64,000 nucleotides of DNA from an uncultured Verrucomicrobiae bacterium (GCA_963780535.1 CAWACS010000025.1:2396-66395), one strand, 5' to 3'. Positions 1 through 8,814 are shown, counted from the stretch's first letter. Translations and numbers: made by a program. The notes: a model not told the origin generated them from the letters alone.

Positions 1-31
1 CCGCGAAAATAACAACCTGGTCGCCTTCGCC

Positions 32-2383
32 GTGATTGGTTTCACCGCCGTCGGTTTTCTGATTCCAACCGCGGTGGTTTTGACCGGTGCGATCAACATG
101 CTGAACTTGCGCCGGTACACGGTGACGGTGGTGGCGAGCGTGATTGCGGCGGTTGCCGGTCCCGGTGCGATTCTCGGTCTGCCATTTGGAATCTGGGCGT
201 GCGTGGAACTGTTCCGCCCCGAGGTGCGGGCAGCCTTCTCGGCAATTCGGCCGCCGACGGGTTCGAAAACAACGCCGGACTCTGCAAAAATGGATTATGC
301 GCGCGCTCAGGTCAAAGGCCCGGCCATTGGATTGGTGGTTACCGGCGCACTCAACTGGGTGGTCTTCACGCTGTTCCTCATTGTTTCCTACCTGAAACAT
401 GCCGGCTCGATGGCGCCGGCCCCGATGGTATACACGCCCGTTGCGCTTTTATTGGTTTGTCTCCTGGCGATGGCTCTCAGCGGTTTCATCATTTACGGCG
501 CTTTGAAAATAATGCGGTTGGAGCGATGGAACTCGGGCATCGCCGGTGGCATCCTTGCCATGATTGTCGCGCCGGCCAATATCATCGGTCTGCCGATTGG
601 GATCTGGACGCTGGTGGCGTTGAATCGCCGCGAAGTACGCGAAGCGTTCACGGCGAATGGTTCTCACCCAAAACCCATGGATGCCCGTGCCGGAGTCATG
701 GGATTTCCGCGCTTTTCACTTTCGTCCGCCATCGGCGCGGCATGGATACCTTTTTTCCCGGCGGCCTTTCTTTCCATCACCTTCGGCCAGGATCCGTTTC
801 CGCAAGGCTATGGCAGTTTGCCAAGGGTGCTGCTCTTGTTGGGGCTGGCCGCGCCGTTGATCACAACCATTCTTGGCTGGCTCGCCGTCGCGCAAATCCG
901 CCGGTCGGAGGGAGGGCTTCGCGGATTGGAAGTGGCGGTGTTCGATGGACTGCTCTTTTCCTTGCTCGGATTGGATGTGTTGATCGGCATCTTCTGGTTG
1001 GTCCTCGCAAAAACCACCGCAAACTGGAGAGGGCTCAACGGTTCCCTGTTTGTCAACCTTTGGGAATTGGCCCTCTGGGCATTGCTCCTGATTGTAACCT
1101 GTGCCGCGGTCGATTTCCTGATTGTCCGCCGTATCTGGCGCCGGGTAAGCCAGCCATTCACTGGCGCGGATACGTCAACTCAAACCCGCTGGACGAGAAC
1201 CATTTTGCCGGCCTTGACGTGCGGTATCCTGACGCTGGGCGCCATCAGCTTTACCACGGCGTCGCTGGTCCTGTGCGCCCGGAATGTGGATAACGTCGAT
1301 CGGCCGTTTGTGGATGACCCGCAGGTAATCGGCCAGTGGGCCAGCGCCGATTTCGTCTCAACGCCGGAAGAATTCAAACCCGGGGCGCAAACGTGGAAGG
1401 GTGATTTACAAGTATTCCAAAAGTTCACCGTGTATCCCGGCGGCAGGACGAGTTATCCCTGGCTGGTCTGGACCAGGGGCATTTTCATCAACCAAGGCGA
1501 AAAAACGGCTGCCCGCTACGAAATCCGGAACTTTGACAGAACCAATTACCTGTTCGTGGAATGGAAAAATGGCGACTACATTCTCTTCCATTCGAGGCCG
1601 TGGTATTTTGTGCTGCGAGAGAACGGAGAAGCAGACCAAGACTTTCACATCGGCCAGGCCTGGTTCCCCCAGGGCGATTCGATTGAAATCACGTCGGTTG
1701 AGCGCACCGCCGACCAGATGGTCGTCAAAGGCCATTACAATCTCGTCAGCCATGACAACGCATTGCTTGCCCTTTACATCACCACCGGGAACAGCGGCCC
1801 TACTCCAACAGACCCAAAACAAGAGAAGCAAGTTTCCAAAGGCCGCGGTGATTTTGAATTGATTCATTCCGCCATGCCTCCCAGCGACTCCTTCTGGCAC
1901 CCCGGTCTGCCGCACATTGATATGTATGGCACCGACAGCCATGCCTTTGCCAGCCTCTATTTCGGCACCCAGGCTGAAGCGCTGGAAGAAAGCAAAGCAA
2001 GCTGGATTACAAATACTCCGCCCGACGTGACCGTCCAATTGGAAGACGCCGCCGTTTCAGCCGCGCAAAAATGGCTCGCGCTCATCGACCGTGACAATTA
2101 TTCCGAAAGCTGGAGTGAAGCTTCGGCTATTTTCCAGGGCGGAGTTACCGAAGCGGCCTGGGAAAATTCCATGAACACGTTCCGCAAGCCACTCGGCGCT
2201 TTGATTTCGCGTGAAGTCAAATCCGCACAACTGATGACAGAATTGCCCGGCGCGCCGGACGGGCAATACGTTGTCATGCAATTTACAACTTCATTCGCCA
2301 ATAAAAAAACCACAATTGAAACCGTCACGTTCGTGCTGGAAAAAGATGGACAGTGGAAATCTGCCGGTTATTTCATCAAATGA
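32..2383 (+). CDS. multi-pass membrane protein with repeated TM modules and C-terminal DUF4019-like domain (possibly 5'-partial)
   Basis: 783-aa ORF. Repeated hydrophobic modules end in GLPFGIWACVELFRPEVRAAF and GLPIGIWTLVALNRREVREAF. The C-terminus AAQKWLALIDRDNYSESW... resembles DUF4019 as I remember it. The frame is open back to nt 2, so the true start may lie upstream of the window. Confidence 0.6.
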   Translation: MIGFTAVGFLIPTAVVLTGAINMLNLRRYTVTVVASVIAAVAGPGAILGLPFGIWACVELFRPEVRAAFSAIRPPTGSKTTPDSAKMDYARAQVKGPAIGLVVTGALNWVVFTLFLIVSYLKHAGSMAPAPMVYTPVALLLVCLLAMALSGFIIYGALKIMRLERWNSGIAGGILAMIVAPANIIGLPIGIWTLVALNRREVREAFTANGSHPKPMDARAGVMGFPRFSLSSAIGAAWIPFFPAAFLSITFGQDPFPQGYGSLPRVLLLLGLAAPLITTILGWLAVAQIRRSEGGLRGLEVAVFDGLLFSLLGLDVLIGIFWLVLAKTTANWRGLNGSLFVNLWELALWALLLIVTCAAVDFLIVRRIWRRVSQPFTGADTSTQTRWTRTILPALTCGILTLGAISFTTASLVLCARNVDNVDRPFVDDPQVIGQWASADFVSTPEEFKPGAQTWKGDLQVFQKFTVYPGGRTSYPWLVWTRGIFINQGEKTAARYEIRNFDRTNYLFVEWKNGDYILFHSRPWYFVLRENGEADQDFHIGQAWFPQGDSIEITSVERTADQMVVKGHYNLVSHDNALLALYITTGNSGPTPTDPKQEKQVSKGRGDFELIHSAMPPSDSFWHPGLPHIDMYGTDSHAFASLYFGTQAEALEESKASWITNTPPDVTVQLEDAAVSAAQKWLALIDRDNYSESWSEASAIFQGGVTEAAWENSMNTFRKPLGALISREVKSAQLMTELPGAPDGQYVVMQFTTSFANKKTTIETVTFVLEKDGQWKSAGYFIK

Positions 2384-2411
2384 TTCGATCAACCCTAATA
2401 TCAACCAACGA

Positions 2412-2636
2412 ATGAATATGAAAGGCCCACTGCTCGTCGCGTTTGTCATCGTCATCATCCTCCTGGCCATCTGGGACGGCGTCTGGAAATTGATTGCCCT
2501 GTGGAAAAGCGCACGCCACGACCAATTGGCGTGGTTCATCTGCCTCGCCATCTTCAACACCGTCGGCATTTTGCCCATCGCTTACATCCTGTTTTTTCAG
2601 AAGAACGGGACGCAAAGCCCGGCATCCCAATCATGA
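2412..2636 (+). CDS. small membrane protein, DUF5652-like
   Basis: Internal ATG of ORF 2271..2636. Product MNMKGPLLVAFVIVIILLAIWDGVWKLIALWKSARHDQLAWFICLAIFNTVGILPIAYILFF has two TM helices and the W-D-x-x-WK..ALWK motif. Confidence 0.55.
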   Translation: MNMKGPLLVAFVIVIILLAIWDGVWKLIALWKSARHDQLAWFICLAIFNTVGILPIAYILFFQKNGTQSPASQS

Positions 2637-3121
2637 AACACTACCGCGCGCCCTGGAGTTCAACCTTGAAGACCGTTTCCGTCCTGGCGACGGTGCTGTT
2701 GCTCGGAGTTTGTGGTCTGGGCGCATACTTGGCACGGCAACACCTGCCGCCGGCCCTGCTCTGGATTTCCCTTTTGCCCGGGCCGATCATTCTGCTCGGT
2801 TGCGCCTGTTTCACCATTCGCGGTTACACCATCGCGCCGGACGCCATTTTGGTGCATCGGTTGTTTTGGGCCACGCGACTGCCGCGCGCCGGATTGAAGT
2901 CGGCACGTTTTGAACCCGATGTCATGCGTGCCAGCATCCGTACTTGCGGCAACGGTGGGCTGTTCTCGTTCTCCGGCTTTTATCGCAACAAAGTTTTGGG
3001 TTCCTACCGCGCGTTTGTGACCGACCCGCACCAGACCGTGGTGCTTGCCTACGCCGACCGCACGGCGGTATTGTCGCCAAGGTCACCGGAGGAATTCGTC
3101 CGGGAATTGACAGCCGTTTGA
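2633..3121 (+). CDS. bacterial PH-domain membrane protein
   Basis: ATG at 2633 overlaps the previous stop (ATGA). Two N-terminal TM helices are followed by FTIRGYTIAPDAILVHR...GNGGLFSFSGFYRNKVLGSYRAFVTD, typical of bPH-type domains. The longer ORF start at 2501 gives an Arg/His-rich, non-protein-like extension. Confidence 0.55.
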   Translation: MKHYRAPWSSTLKTVSVLATVLLLGVCGLGAYLARQHLPPALLWISLLPGPIILLGCACFTIRGYTIAPDAILVHRLFWATRLPRAGLKSARFEPDVMRASIRTCGNGGLFSFSGFYRNKVLGSYRAFVTDPHQTVVLAYADRTAVLSPRSPEEFVRELTAV

Positions 3122-3186
3122 CCCTCACAAAGGGCAAAACCGCCCCGCGCTTGACTTGTGTTCAAATCGGCTCATTTATTGCGCAC

Positions 3187-3837
3187 GTGAAAACGGCCAC
3201 TGTCTCTTTCTTCTTCGCGCTCGCGCTGCTGGGAATTGCCACAGCCCAAAACGTCATTGTGCCGGCAAATCATATCGCATTGTTCAACGGCAAGGATTTT
3301 TCCGGCTGGACGTTTTGCATGAAAGACAGCGCCGACCCAGGCCAGACCTGGTGCGTCACCAACGGCGTCATTCATTGTACCGGTAAGCCAATTGGCTATT
3401 TGCGGACGAAGCAAGCTTACAACAATTACGTTGTTACCGTCGAGTGGCGCTTCGTGAAAATCGCGCCCAAGGCCGACAACACCGGCGTGCTCGTGCATAT
3501 CCAACCGCCCGACAAGGTCTGGCCGATGTGCATCCAGAATCAGGGCAAATCCGGCCGACAGGGTGATTTGTTCGTAATGATGGGAGCCGAATGCAAGGAA
3601 CATAAAGGCCTGGACGCCAACTCGCCGGTTCCGATGCGCGGCCCATCGGCTGAGAAACCCGTCGGCGAATGGGACACCAACGTGACGGTTTGCGCCGGCA
3701 ACGATGTCAAAGCCATCATCAACGGCAAGTTCATGAACGAAATCACCGACTGCACCATTTCGTCGGGCTTCATCGGCATCCAAAGCGAAGGCGGCGACAT
3801 CGAAATCCGCAAGGTTTCCCTGGAGCCGCTGAAATGA
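3187..3837 (+). CDS. secreted DUF1080 (3-keto-disaccharide hydrolase) family protein
   Basis: GTG start followed by signal peptide VKTATVSFFFALALLGIATAQ. Motifs LFNGKDFSGW, NGVIHCTGKPIGYLRT, GFIGIQSEGGDIEIRKV are characteristic of DUF1080. Confidence 0.75.
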   Translation: MKTATVSFFFALALLGIATAQNVIVPANHIALFNGKDFSGWTFCMKDSADPGQTWCVTNGVIHCTGKPIGYLRTKQAYNNYVVTVEWRFVKIAPKADNTGVLVHIQPPDKVWPMCIQNQGKSGRQGDLFVMMGAECKEHKGLDANSPVPMRGPSAEKPVGEWDTNVTVCAGNDVKAIINGKFMNEITDCTISSGFIGIQSEGGDIEIRKVSLEPLK

Positions 3838-3843
3838 GTTTTT

Positions 3844-3889
3844 GTAGCGGCGGTCTGCGACCACCGCAATGCCCGCGGAGCGCCGCTAC
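3844..3889. repeat. GTAG...CTAC hairpin element between convergent genes (also a plausible bidirectional terminator)
   Basis: GTAGCGGCGGTCTGCGACCACCGCAATGCCCGCGGAGCGCCGCTAC. The outer stem GTAGCGGCG / CGCCGCTAC was read directly. Confidence 0.6.
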
Positions 3890-3897
3890 AAATAGCG

Positions 3898-4185
3898 TCA
3901 CCCGCCTTGTTCCACTGGACGCAATCGCACCAGCGTCGCGCCCCAGCCGCCAAATTGCGGATGATCCAGCGTGAAGGAAACAACTTCCGGATGTTTCGAG
4001 AGAATCGCGTGCACGGTCCGGCGCAGATTGCCGATGCCTTTGCCGTGGATGATGCGCACCTGCAGGATGCCGCGAGCCTGACACGCCGCCAGATAGTCCG
4101 GCACCAGGTCCTTCACCTCGCCCGGCTTGAACGTGTGCAAATCCAGCACTCCGTCAATCGGCAGTTCAATCGGTTCCTCAGCCAT
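3898..4185 (-). CDS. Smr domain protein
   Basis: 95 aa. LDLHTFKPGEV...LQVRIIHGKGIGNLRRTVHAILSKHPEV matches the Smr/MutS2 C-terminal nuclease domain (LDLHG and HGKG motifs). Confidence 0.8.
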   Translation of the reverse strand: MAEEPIELPIDGVLDLHTFKPGEVKDLVPDYLAACQARGILQVRIIHGKGIGNLRRTVHAILSKHPEVVSFTLDHPQFGGWGATLVRLRPVEQGG

Positions 4186-4194
4186 GTGGCTTTT

Positions 4195-4261
4195 GTAGCG
4201 GCGACTCGAAAGAGCGCCGCCAATTCTTTTTTAAATGCGGCTTTCTGCCGAAAGCCGCTAC
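4195..4261. repeat. GTAG-type double-hairpin element; its CTAC end supplies the cca stop codon
   Basis: GTAGCGGCGACTCGAAAGAGCGCCGCC - aattcttttttaaat - GCGGCTTTCTGCCGAAAGCCGCTAC. The TAG stop of cca (4258-4260, minus strand) lies in the terminal CTAC. Confidence 0.7.
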
Positions 4262-5661
4262 GCCAGTTTGCCCTTTACCCACGCTCTCGCCTGGCGCGGG
4301 GTTTTCAATTCGTCCTGTAATTGTTTCTCGCGGATTTCGTCCAGCAACGCGCCCAACGCCGGACCGGGTTTCAGGCCCAGTTTGATTAAATCCGCACCCG
4401 TAAGCAGCGGCGGACGGATCGTTGGTTTCTTCTTCAATTCCTCCGCCTGCGCCAGCAGAAATTCGTAATGGTCCAGATTACCATGCGAGCCGAGGCAATC
4501 GAGCCGGTGCAATTCGAGTTCCAGCGGAAAGGTGTCGCGCAGCAACAACCGCCGCAACGTCGCCTTCCGCATCTGTTTCACGTCCTTGAATTGCATGTGT
4601 TGCCGCACACACGCCACGATTTCCTCGATTTGTTTTTTCGGAAACCGCAATCGCTGCAAAATCCGTTCCGCCATCGCCGCGCCGACTTTTTCATGGCCGT
4701 AAAAATGAATTGCGCCGGTCGCGGGGTCGCGCTCGGCCGTGGCCGGCTTGGCAATGTCATGCAAAATCACCGCCCACGGCAATGAAGGGGGCGAATCCGG
4801 CGGCAGTTTTTCGAGCATCAATCGGATGTGCTCAAACACGGTGCCTTCCGGGTGATAATCCGGCGATTGCTGGCACAGGAGCGTGGCAATCAATTCGGGC
4901 AAAATGCCGGGCAACAACCGGCTGTCACGCAGCAATACCAGCCCGCGCGCGGCTGGTGCCGGGAGCCCCGGCATCCTGCCGGCGTTTTGCAAATTCGCGA
5001 ACTCCGAAACTCGCCGGCAAGATGCCGGCGCTCCCGGTGGCGGCGCGAACAGCTTGATCAGTTCATCGCGAACCCGTTCCGCACTGATGAGTTCGATCTT
5101 CGGCGCCAGTTTTTTGACGGCGGCAAACGTTTGCGGTTCGATTTCAAAACCCAGTTGCGTGGCAAACCGGATCGCGCGCAACAGGCGTAAATGGTCCTCC
5201 GCAAACCGCTCCTCCGGCAGGCCGATGGTGCGGATGATTTTCGCGCGCAAATCCTGTTCGCCACCGACCCAGTCGTGAAGCTTTTCGGCAATCGGATCGA
5301 AAAAAAGCCCATTGACCGTGAAATCGCGCCGCTGCGCATCCGCTTCGGCACTGCTGAAAACGACCTTCCCGGGCCGCCGGCCATCCTGGTAATCCGTCTC
5401 GGCACGAAAGGTGGCGACCTGAAATTGCTGTTTGCCCTCGACGACAATCATCACCCCGAATTTCCGTCCGACAGCGCGGGTGCGCTTGAACAGTTTTTCA
5501 ATTTGTTCCGGGCGCGCGTCCGTGGCGATGTCGTAATCCTGCGGTTCGCGGCCGAGCAGAACATCACGCACGCAACCGCCGACCCAGAACGCGGCGAAGC
5601 CGGCCGTTTGCAGGCGGCGGACAATTTCAGTGGCAGTCTCGCGTGGCAGGGCGGATGTCAT
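4258..5661 (-). CDS. cca: CCA tRNA nucleotidyltransferase / poly(A) polymerase family protein with HD domain
   Basis: 467 aa. N-terminal GGCVRDVLLGREPQDYDIAT and RDFTVNGLF (class II nucleotidyltransferase head). C-terminal HD region ILHDIAKP...HFYGHEKVGA. Confidence 0.85.
   Translation of the reverse strand: MTSALPRETATEIVRRLQTAGFAAFWVGGCVRDVLLGREPQDYDIATDARPEQIEKLFKRTRAVGRKFGVMIVVEGKQQFQVATFRAETDYQDGRRPGKVVFSSAEADAQRRDFTVNGLFFDPIAEKLHDWVGGEQDLRAKIIRTIGLPEERFAEDHLRLLRAIRFATQLGFEIEPQTFAAVKKLAPKIELISAERVRDELIKLFAPPPGAPASCRRVSEFANLQNAGRMPGLPAPAARGLVLLRDSRLLPGILPELIATLLCQQSPDYHPEGTVFEHIRLMLEKLPPDSPPSLPWAVILHDIAKPATAERDPATGAIHFYGHEKVGAAMAERILQRLRFPKKQIEEIVACVRQHMQFKDVKQMRKATLRRLLLRDTFPLELELHRLDCLGSHGNLDHYEFLLAQAEELKKKPTIRPPLLTGADLIKLGLKPGPALGALLDEIREKQLQDELKTPRQARAWVKGKLA
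4961..5035. repeat. GGGAG-type double-hairpin element inserted in frame in cca (75 bp, 25 codons)
   Basis: GGGAGCCCCGGCATCCTGCCGGCG - 27 nt - CGCCGGCAAGATGCCGGCGCTCCC. The arms are reverse complements and each has an inner CCGGCA-nnn-TGCCGG hairpin. Translated as GAPASCRRVSEFANLQNAGRMPGLP. Confidence 0.7.
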
Positions 5662-5688
5662 TTACGATTTACGATTTACGATTTACGC
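5661..5688. repeat. tandem heptamer (TTTACGA) x4 abutting the cca start codon
   Basis: tttacga tttacga tttacga tttacgc read directly. On the coding strand the last unit runs into the ATG. Confidence 0.8.
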
Positions 5689-5710
5689 GCAAATGGCGAG
5701 TCCAGTTATG

Positions 5711-5783
5711 GTAGCAGCAGACGTCAGTCTGCTCTGACATTTGATTTGCAGCGAAATTTGAGCCGACTCACGTCGGCGGCTAC
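5711..5783. repeat. GTAG-type double-hairpin element (73 bp, intergenic)
   Basis: GTAGCAGCAGACGTCAGTCTGCTC - tgacatttgatttgcagcgaaattt - GAGCCGACTCACGTCGGCGGCTAC. The spacer resembles the spacer of the pheS copy, but the arms have a different sequence. Confidence 0.65.
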
Positions 5784-5785
5784 GA

Positions 5786-6701
5786 TTAGTCGTTTCCCCA
5801 AATGGCTTTGACGTGCGCGATGCCGGATTTGACGGCTTCGACCGGCAGTGCCGGGTTGAGTTCAAATACCCGGATGTGCCCCGGTTTTACGAACGGCTTG
5901 AGTGCGGCATAATCAATCATGCCGGTGCCGGGCGCGGAGTGGTCGCGGTCGGGAAATTGCACGTCATGGACGTGAAAGCCAACCAGGCGCGCCGCGAGCG
6001 ATTCCAGATGTTGCCACGTGCCGGATGAGACCAAGGTTTTCCTTGATCTGCGCGTGGCCGACGTCGTGCCAGTAGGCCACGTTCGGACTGGGAAATTCGC
6101 TGAAGAATGACACGAAATCGCTTTCGAGCGGAATTTCCTCCAGCGCCTGGCGGTTTTCGCAGCCGAGTTTCAGGCCGCGCTTTTCGGCTTCGGGCAGAAG
6201 TTTGCGGAGCGTTTCGTACATGTGTGCCACAAATTTTCCCTTGGCAATCTCGCGTTTGGCCAGGGCTTCGGCGCGGAGTTTTTCAAACTGGGGCGTCGGT
6301 TTCCCGTCGCGTTCGAGCAGGTCGCACAACCGGCCGGTATAATCCTTCAGTTCCATGCTGCCAAGGTGCAGGACGACGGCCGGCGCCTGGACGCGTTCGG
6401 CGAAATCAAACGTCTTGAGCGTATGACGAATGGCCAGGTCGCGTTCGTAGTCCTTTTCGGCGGAAAACTCGTACAGGTTCGGCGCGGCATGAGTCACGCC
6501 CATCGGCAGCGGACAGAAATTGTGGAGGCTGGAAATTTTGATTTCGCCGGCGCCCACCGCGGCCAGGATGCCCGGCATGAGGCTGATGGAGACCCCGTGG
6601 CTGAGCTCGGCGTATTCAAAGCCCAGCTCGCGGATTTCGCGCAACATGGCGCGGCCGTCGGTGTGACGGTGGGAATTCCAGCAGGTGGAAAATGAATACA
6701 T
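5786..6701 (-). pseudogene. sugar phosphate isomerase/epimerase (xylose-isomerase-like TIM barrel), frame-disrupted
   Basis: ORFs 5964..6701 and 5786..6034 together give one protein: ...AYWHDVGHAQIKENLGL then SSGTWQHLESLAARLVGFHVHDV.... The join needs a +1 shift near 6030-6040. After the break the first frame runs into nonsense (RHVATSGIARGAPGWLSRP). Confidence 0.65.
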
Positions 6702-6738
6702 AAAAATGCCGGGCGCATCCTAAAGGGACGCGCCCGGC
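6702..6738 (-). terminator. rho-independent terminator candidate downstream of rpsU
   Basis: On the minus strand: GCCGGGCGC - 13-nt loop - GCGCCCGGC followed by ATTTTTA. The 9-bp GC stem plus T-run was read directly. Confidence 0.55.
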
Positions 6739-6760
6739 TTGGGAAATCGCAAATTACCGG

Positions 6761-6958
6761 TTACAGGTCCGCGTAACGCGCGGTGAGCATCGCGGAAAAC
6801 CGCGCGGCCTTTTCCTTGCGGCGGCGCTTTTCACTCGGCTTTTCGAAATGCCGGTGATTGCGCACGACCTTCAAAGTGCCTTCCCGGTCCACTTTTTTCT
6901 TCAGCCGGCGCAACGCCCGATCCACTGACTCGCCTTTTTTTAATTTAATTTCGGTCAA
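6761..6958 (-). CDS. rpsU: 30S ribosomal protein S21
   Basis: 65 aa, MTEIKLKKGESVDRALRRLKKKVDREGTLKVVRNHRHFEKPSEKRRRK, a classic S21 sequence. Confidence 0.9.
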   Translation of the reverse strand: MTEIKLKKGESVDRALRRLKKKVDREGTLKVVRNHRHFEKPSEKRRRKEKAARFSAMLTARYADL

Positions 6959-7135
6959 CGCAACTCACTTCCTTTCTCTGCAGGATGCAAAATGGGAGCG
7001 CACTATAGTTTGTTCGCACCGATTGTCAATGCGCAAAACGTCGCGCGAAGGGCGCGAAGAAGGCAAGGGTGAAATCACCTTCGCGGCCTTCGCGCGACAC
7101 CTTGCTTTTGTCCGCCAGAAAATTATTCTGCCCGC

Positions 7136-8173
7136 ATGAACAAAGAACCAAAGGCGGTCAAACCCGCCGAGGTGGAACTGCAGAAACGCATCCGGGAACT
7201 CATCGCTTTCAAGGGCGGCGGCTACAACCAGGATGAAGTCGCCGATATCCTCGAAAATGCGCTGAAACTGTTGACCGACGTGAAGAACACCGGCGACGTG
7301 CGCGTGATCCGGACGGCCTTGCGGGAATTGCGTTACTCGTTCCGGCTGTTCGCGCCGTATGCGCACATTCGCAAGGTCACGATTTTTGGCTCGGCACGGA
7401 CCAGGCCGAGCGAATTGGAATATCAACAGGCGGTTGAGTTCGGGCGCAAAATTGTGAAGGCCGGGTTCATGGTCATCACTGGCGCCGGCCCCGGCATCAT
7501 GCAAGCGGGACACGAAGGCGCCGGGCCGGAAAACAGTTTCGGCGTCAACATCCGCCTGCCGTGGGAACAATCCGCCAATCCCGTCATCGCCGAGGACAAA
7601 AAACTCATCACCTTCAAATACTTTTTCACGCGGAAATTGATTTTCATCCGGCACTCGGACGCCATCGTGCTGTTTCCCGGCGGCTTCGGCACGCTCGACG
7701 AGGGTTACGAGGTGCTCACGCTCATGCAAACCGGCAAAAGCCAGCTCATGCCGCTGGTGCTCATGGACCGCCCCGGCGGCACCTACTGGAAGACGTGGGA
7801 CCGGAACGTCCGCGAACATTTGTTGCGCGACAAACTGATTTCAGCCGAAGACCTGAACCTTTACCAAATCACCGACAACGCGGATGCCGCCGTGAAAATC
7901 ATCACGCGCTTTTACCGGAATTTTCATTCGAGCCGATTCGTAAAGGATTTGCTCGTCATCCGGCTCAAAACCGCGCCGTCGGCCACCACGATCGCCTCCT
8001 TGAACAAGAACTTTGCTGACATCATCAATGGTGCGCCCATCATGCCCATCAAGCCGACACCGGAAGAAATCGAGGATCAGGACCATCTGGGCGTGGTGCG
8101 CATCGCGTTCGGGTTCAACCGCCGCGATTACGGCCGTCTGCGGCAATTGATTGATGTGTTGAACGGGGCGTAA
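7136..8173 (+). CDS. LOG/TIGR00730-family Rossmann-fold nucleotide-binding protein (long form)
   Basis: 345 aa. ITGAGPGIMQAGHEGA and PGGFGTLDEGYEVLTLMQTGK motifs of the LOG / lysine-decarboxylase-like family. Has extra N- and C-terminal regions. Confidence 0.8.
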   Translation: MNKEPKAVKPAEVELQKRIRELIAFKGGGYNQDEVADILENALKLLTDVKNTGDVRVIRTALRELRYSFRLFAPYAHIRKVTIFGSARTRPSELEYQQAVEFGRKIVKAGFMVITGAGPGIMQAGHEGAGPENSFGVNIRLPWEQSANPVIAEDKKLITFKYFFTRKLIFIRHSDAIVLFPGGFGTLDEGYEVLTLMQTGKSQLMPLVLMDRPGGTYWKTWDRNVREHLLRDKLISAEDLNLYQITDNADAAVKIITRFYRNFHSSRFVKDLLVIRLKTAPSATTIASLNKNFADIINGAPIMPIKPTPEEIEDQDHLGVVRIAFGFNRRDYGRLRQLIDVLNGA

Positions 8174-8233
8174 ACAAATGTTACCAGTAAGAAATAAAAT
8201 TTCGCAAGGATCGTGAAATCGTCAGCAATTCGA

Positions 8234-8277
8234 CTCCCTCTCCGCCAACGGAGTTGGGGGAGAGGGCCGGAGGAGAG
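8234..8277. repeat. CTCCCTCTCC...GGGGAGAGGG hairpin repeat (copy 1)
   Basis: ctccctctccgccaacggagttgggggagagggccggaggagag. Inverted relative to the copy at 8773-8814. Confidence 0.75.
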
Positions 8278-8287
8278 ATGGCGCGTT

Positions 8288-8722
8288 TTAAATCGGCTTC
8301 GGTGGAGGCTGAATCAGATTGCTGACCTTCGGCGGGGCAAAACGGTGGTTTTGCACTTTTCGCATCACGACCACACAGCCAGTCCTCCGATGCAAGGCAT
8401 TCCAGATTTCCAAAAGGATGACTTCGCGGTTCGCCCGCCACTGATGGTTCCAAAAGCGCAATTCTTCAATGCCTTTCGACACCAGGAATTTTTCACGCTG
8501 CTCATCACGCCGGCGTTGCTCCGGCAGCCCATGTTGGAACCCATCCAACTCAATTGATAACTTTGCAGCCGGACAATAGAAATCGAGAATGTACTCTCCC
8601 AACGGATGCTGCCGGCGGAATTTGAATCCCGCAAAACGACCGGCCCGCAAGGCGCGCCACAATTCCTTTTCCTCATCCGTTTGTTCGTGGCGCAGGCGGC
8701 GGGCATTGCCGGTGAGATTCAT
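8288..8722 (-). CDS. DUF559 (Vsr-like endonuclease domain) protein
   Basis: Start chosen at MNLTGNARRLRHEQTDEEKELW. RFAGFKFRRQHPLGEYILDFYCPAAKLSIELDG..H is the DUF559 signature. The upstream part of ORF 8288..8920 runs through a repeat and is unlikely to be coding. Confidence 0.75.
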   Translation of the reverse strand: MNLTGNARRLRHEQTDEEKELWRALRAGRFAGFKFRRQHPLGEYILDFYCPAAKLSIELDGFQHGLPEQRRRDEQREKFLVSKGIEELRFWNHQWRANREVILLEIWNALHRRTGCVVVMRKVQNHRFAPPKVSNLIQPPPKPI

Positions 8723-8772
8723 GGGTCCAGCGTAAATGATATATTTTGGAGCGACAAAATCAAAAGCACCGC

Positions 8773-8814
8773 CTCTCCCCGGCCCTCTCCTCCGCTCCGC
8801 GGAGGAGAGGGAGG
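8773..8814. repeat. CTCCCTCTCC-type hairpin repeat (copy 2, inverted)
   Basis: ctctccccggccctctcctccgctccgcggaggagagggagg. Its reverse complement aligns with 8234-8277. Confidence 0.75.

Noticed and set aside
2271-2632. Long N-terminal extensions of ORFs 2271..2636, 2501..3121 and 2944..3837
   Set aside because: The extensions overlap the preceding genes and are Arg/His/Pro-rich. Internal starts give proteins that begin with sensible signal or TM segments.
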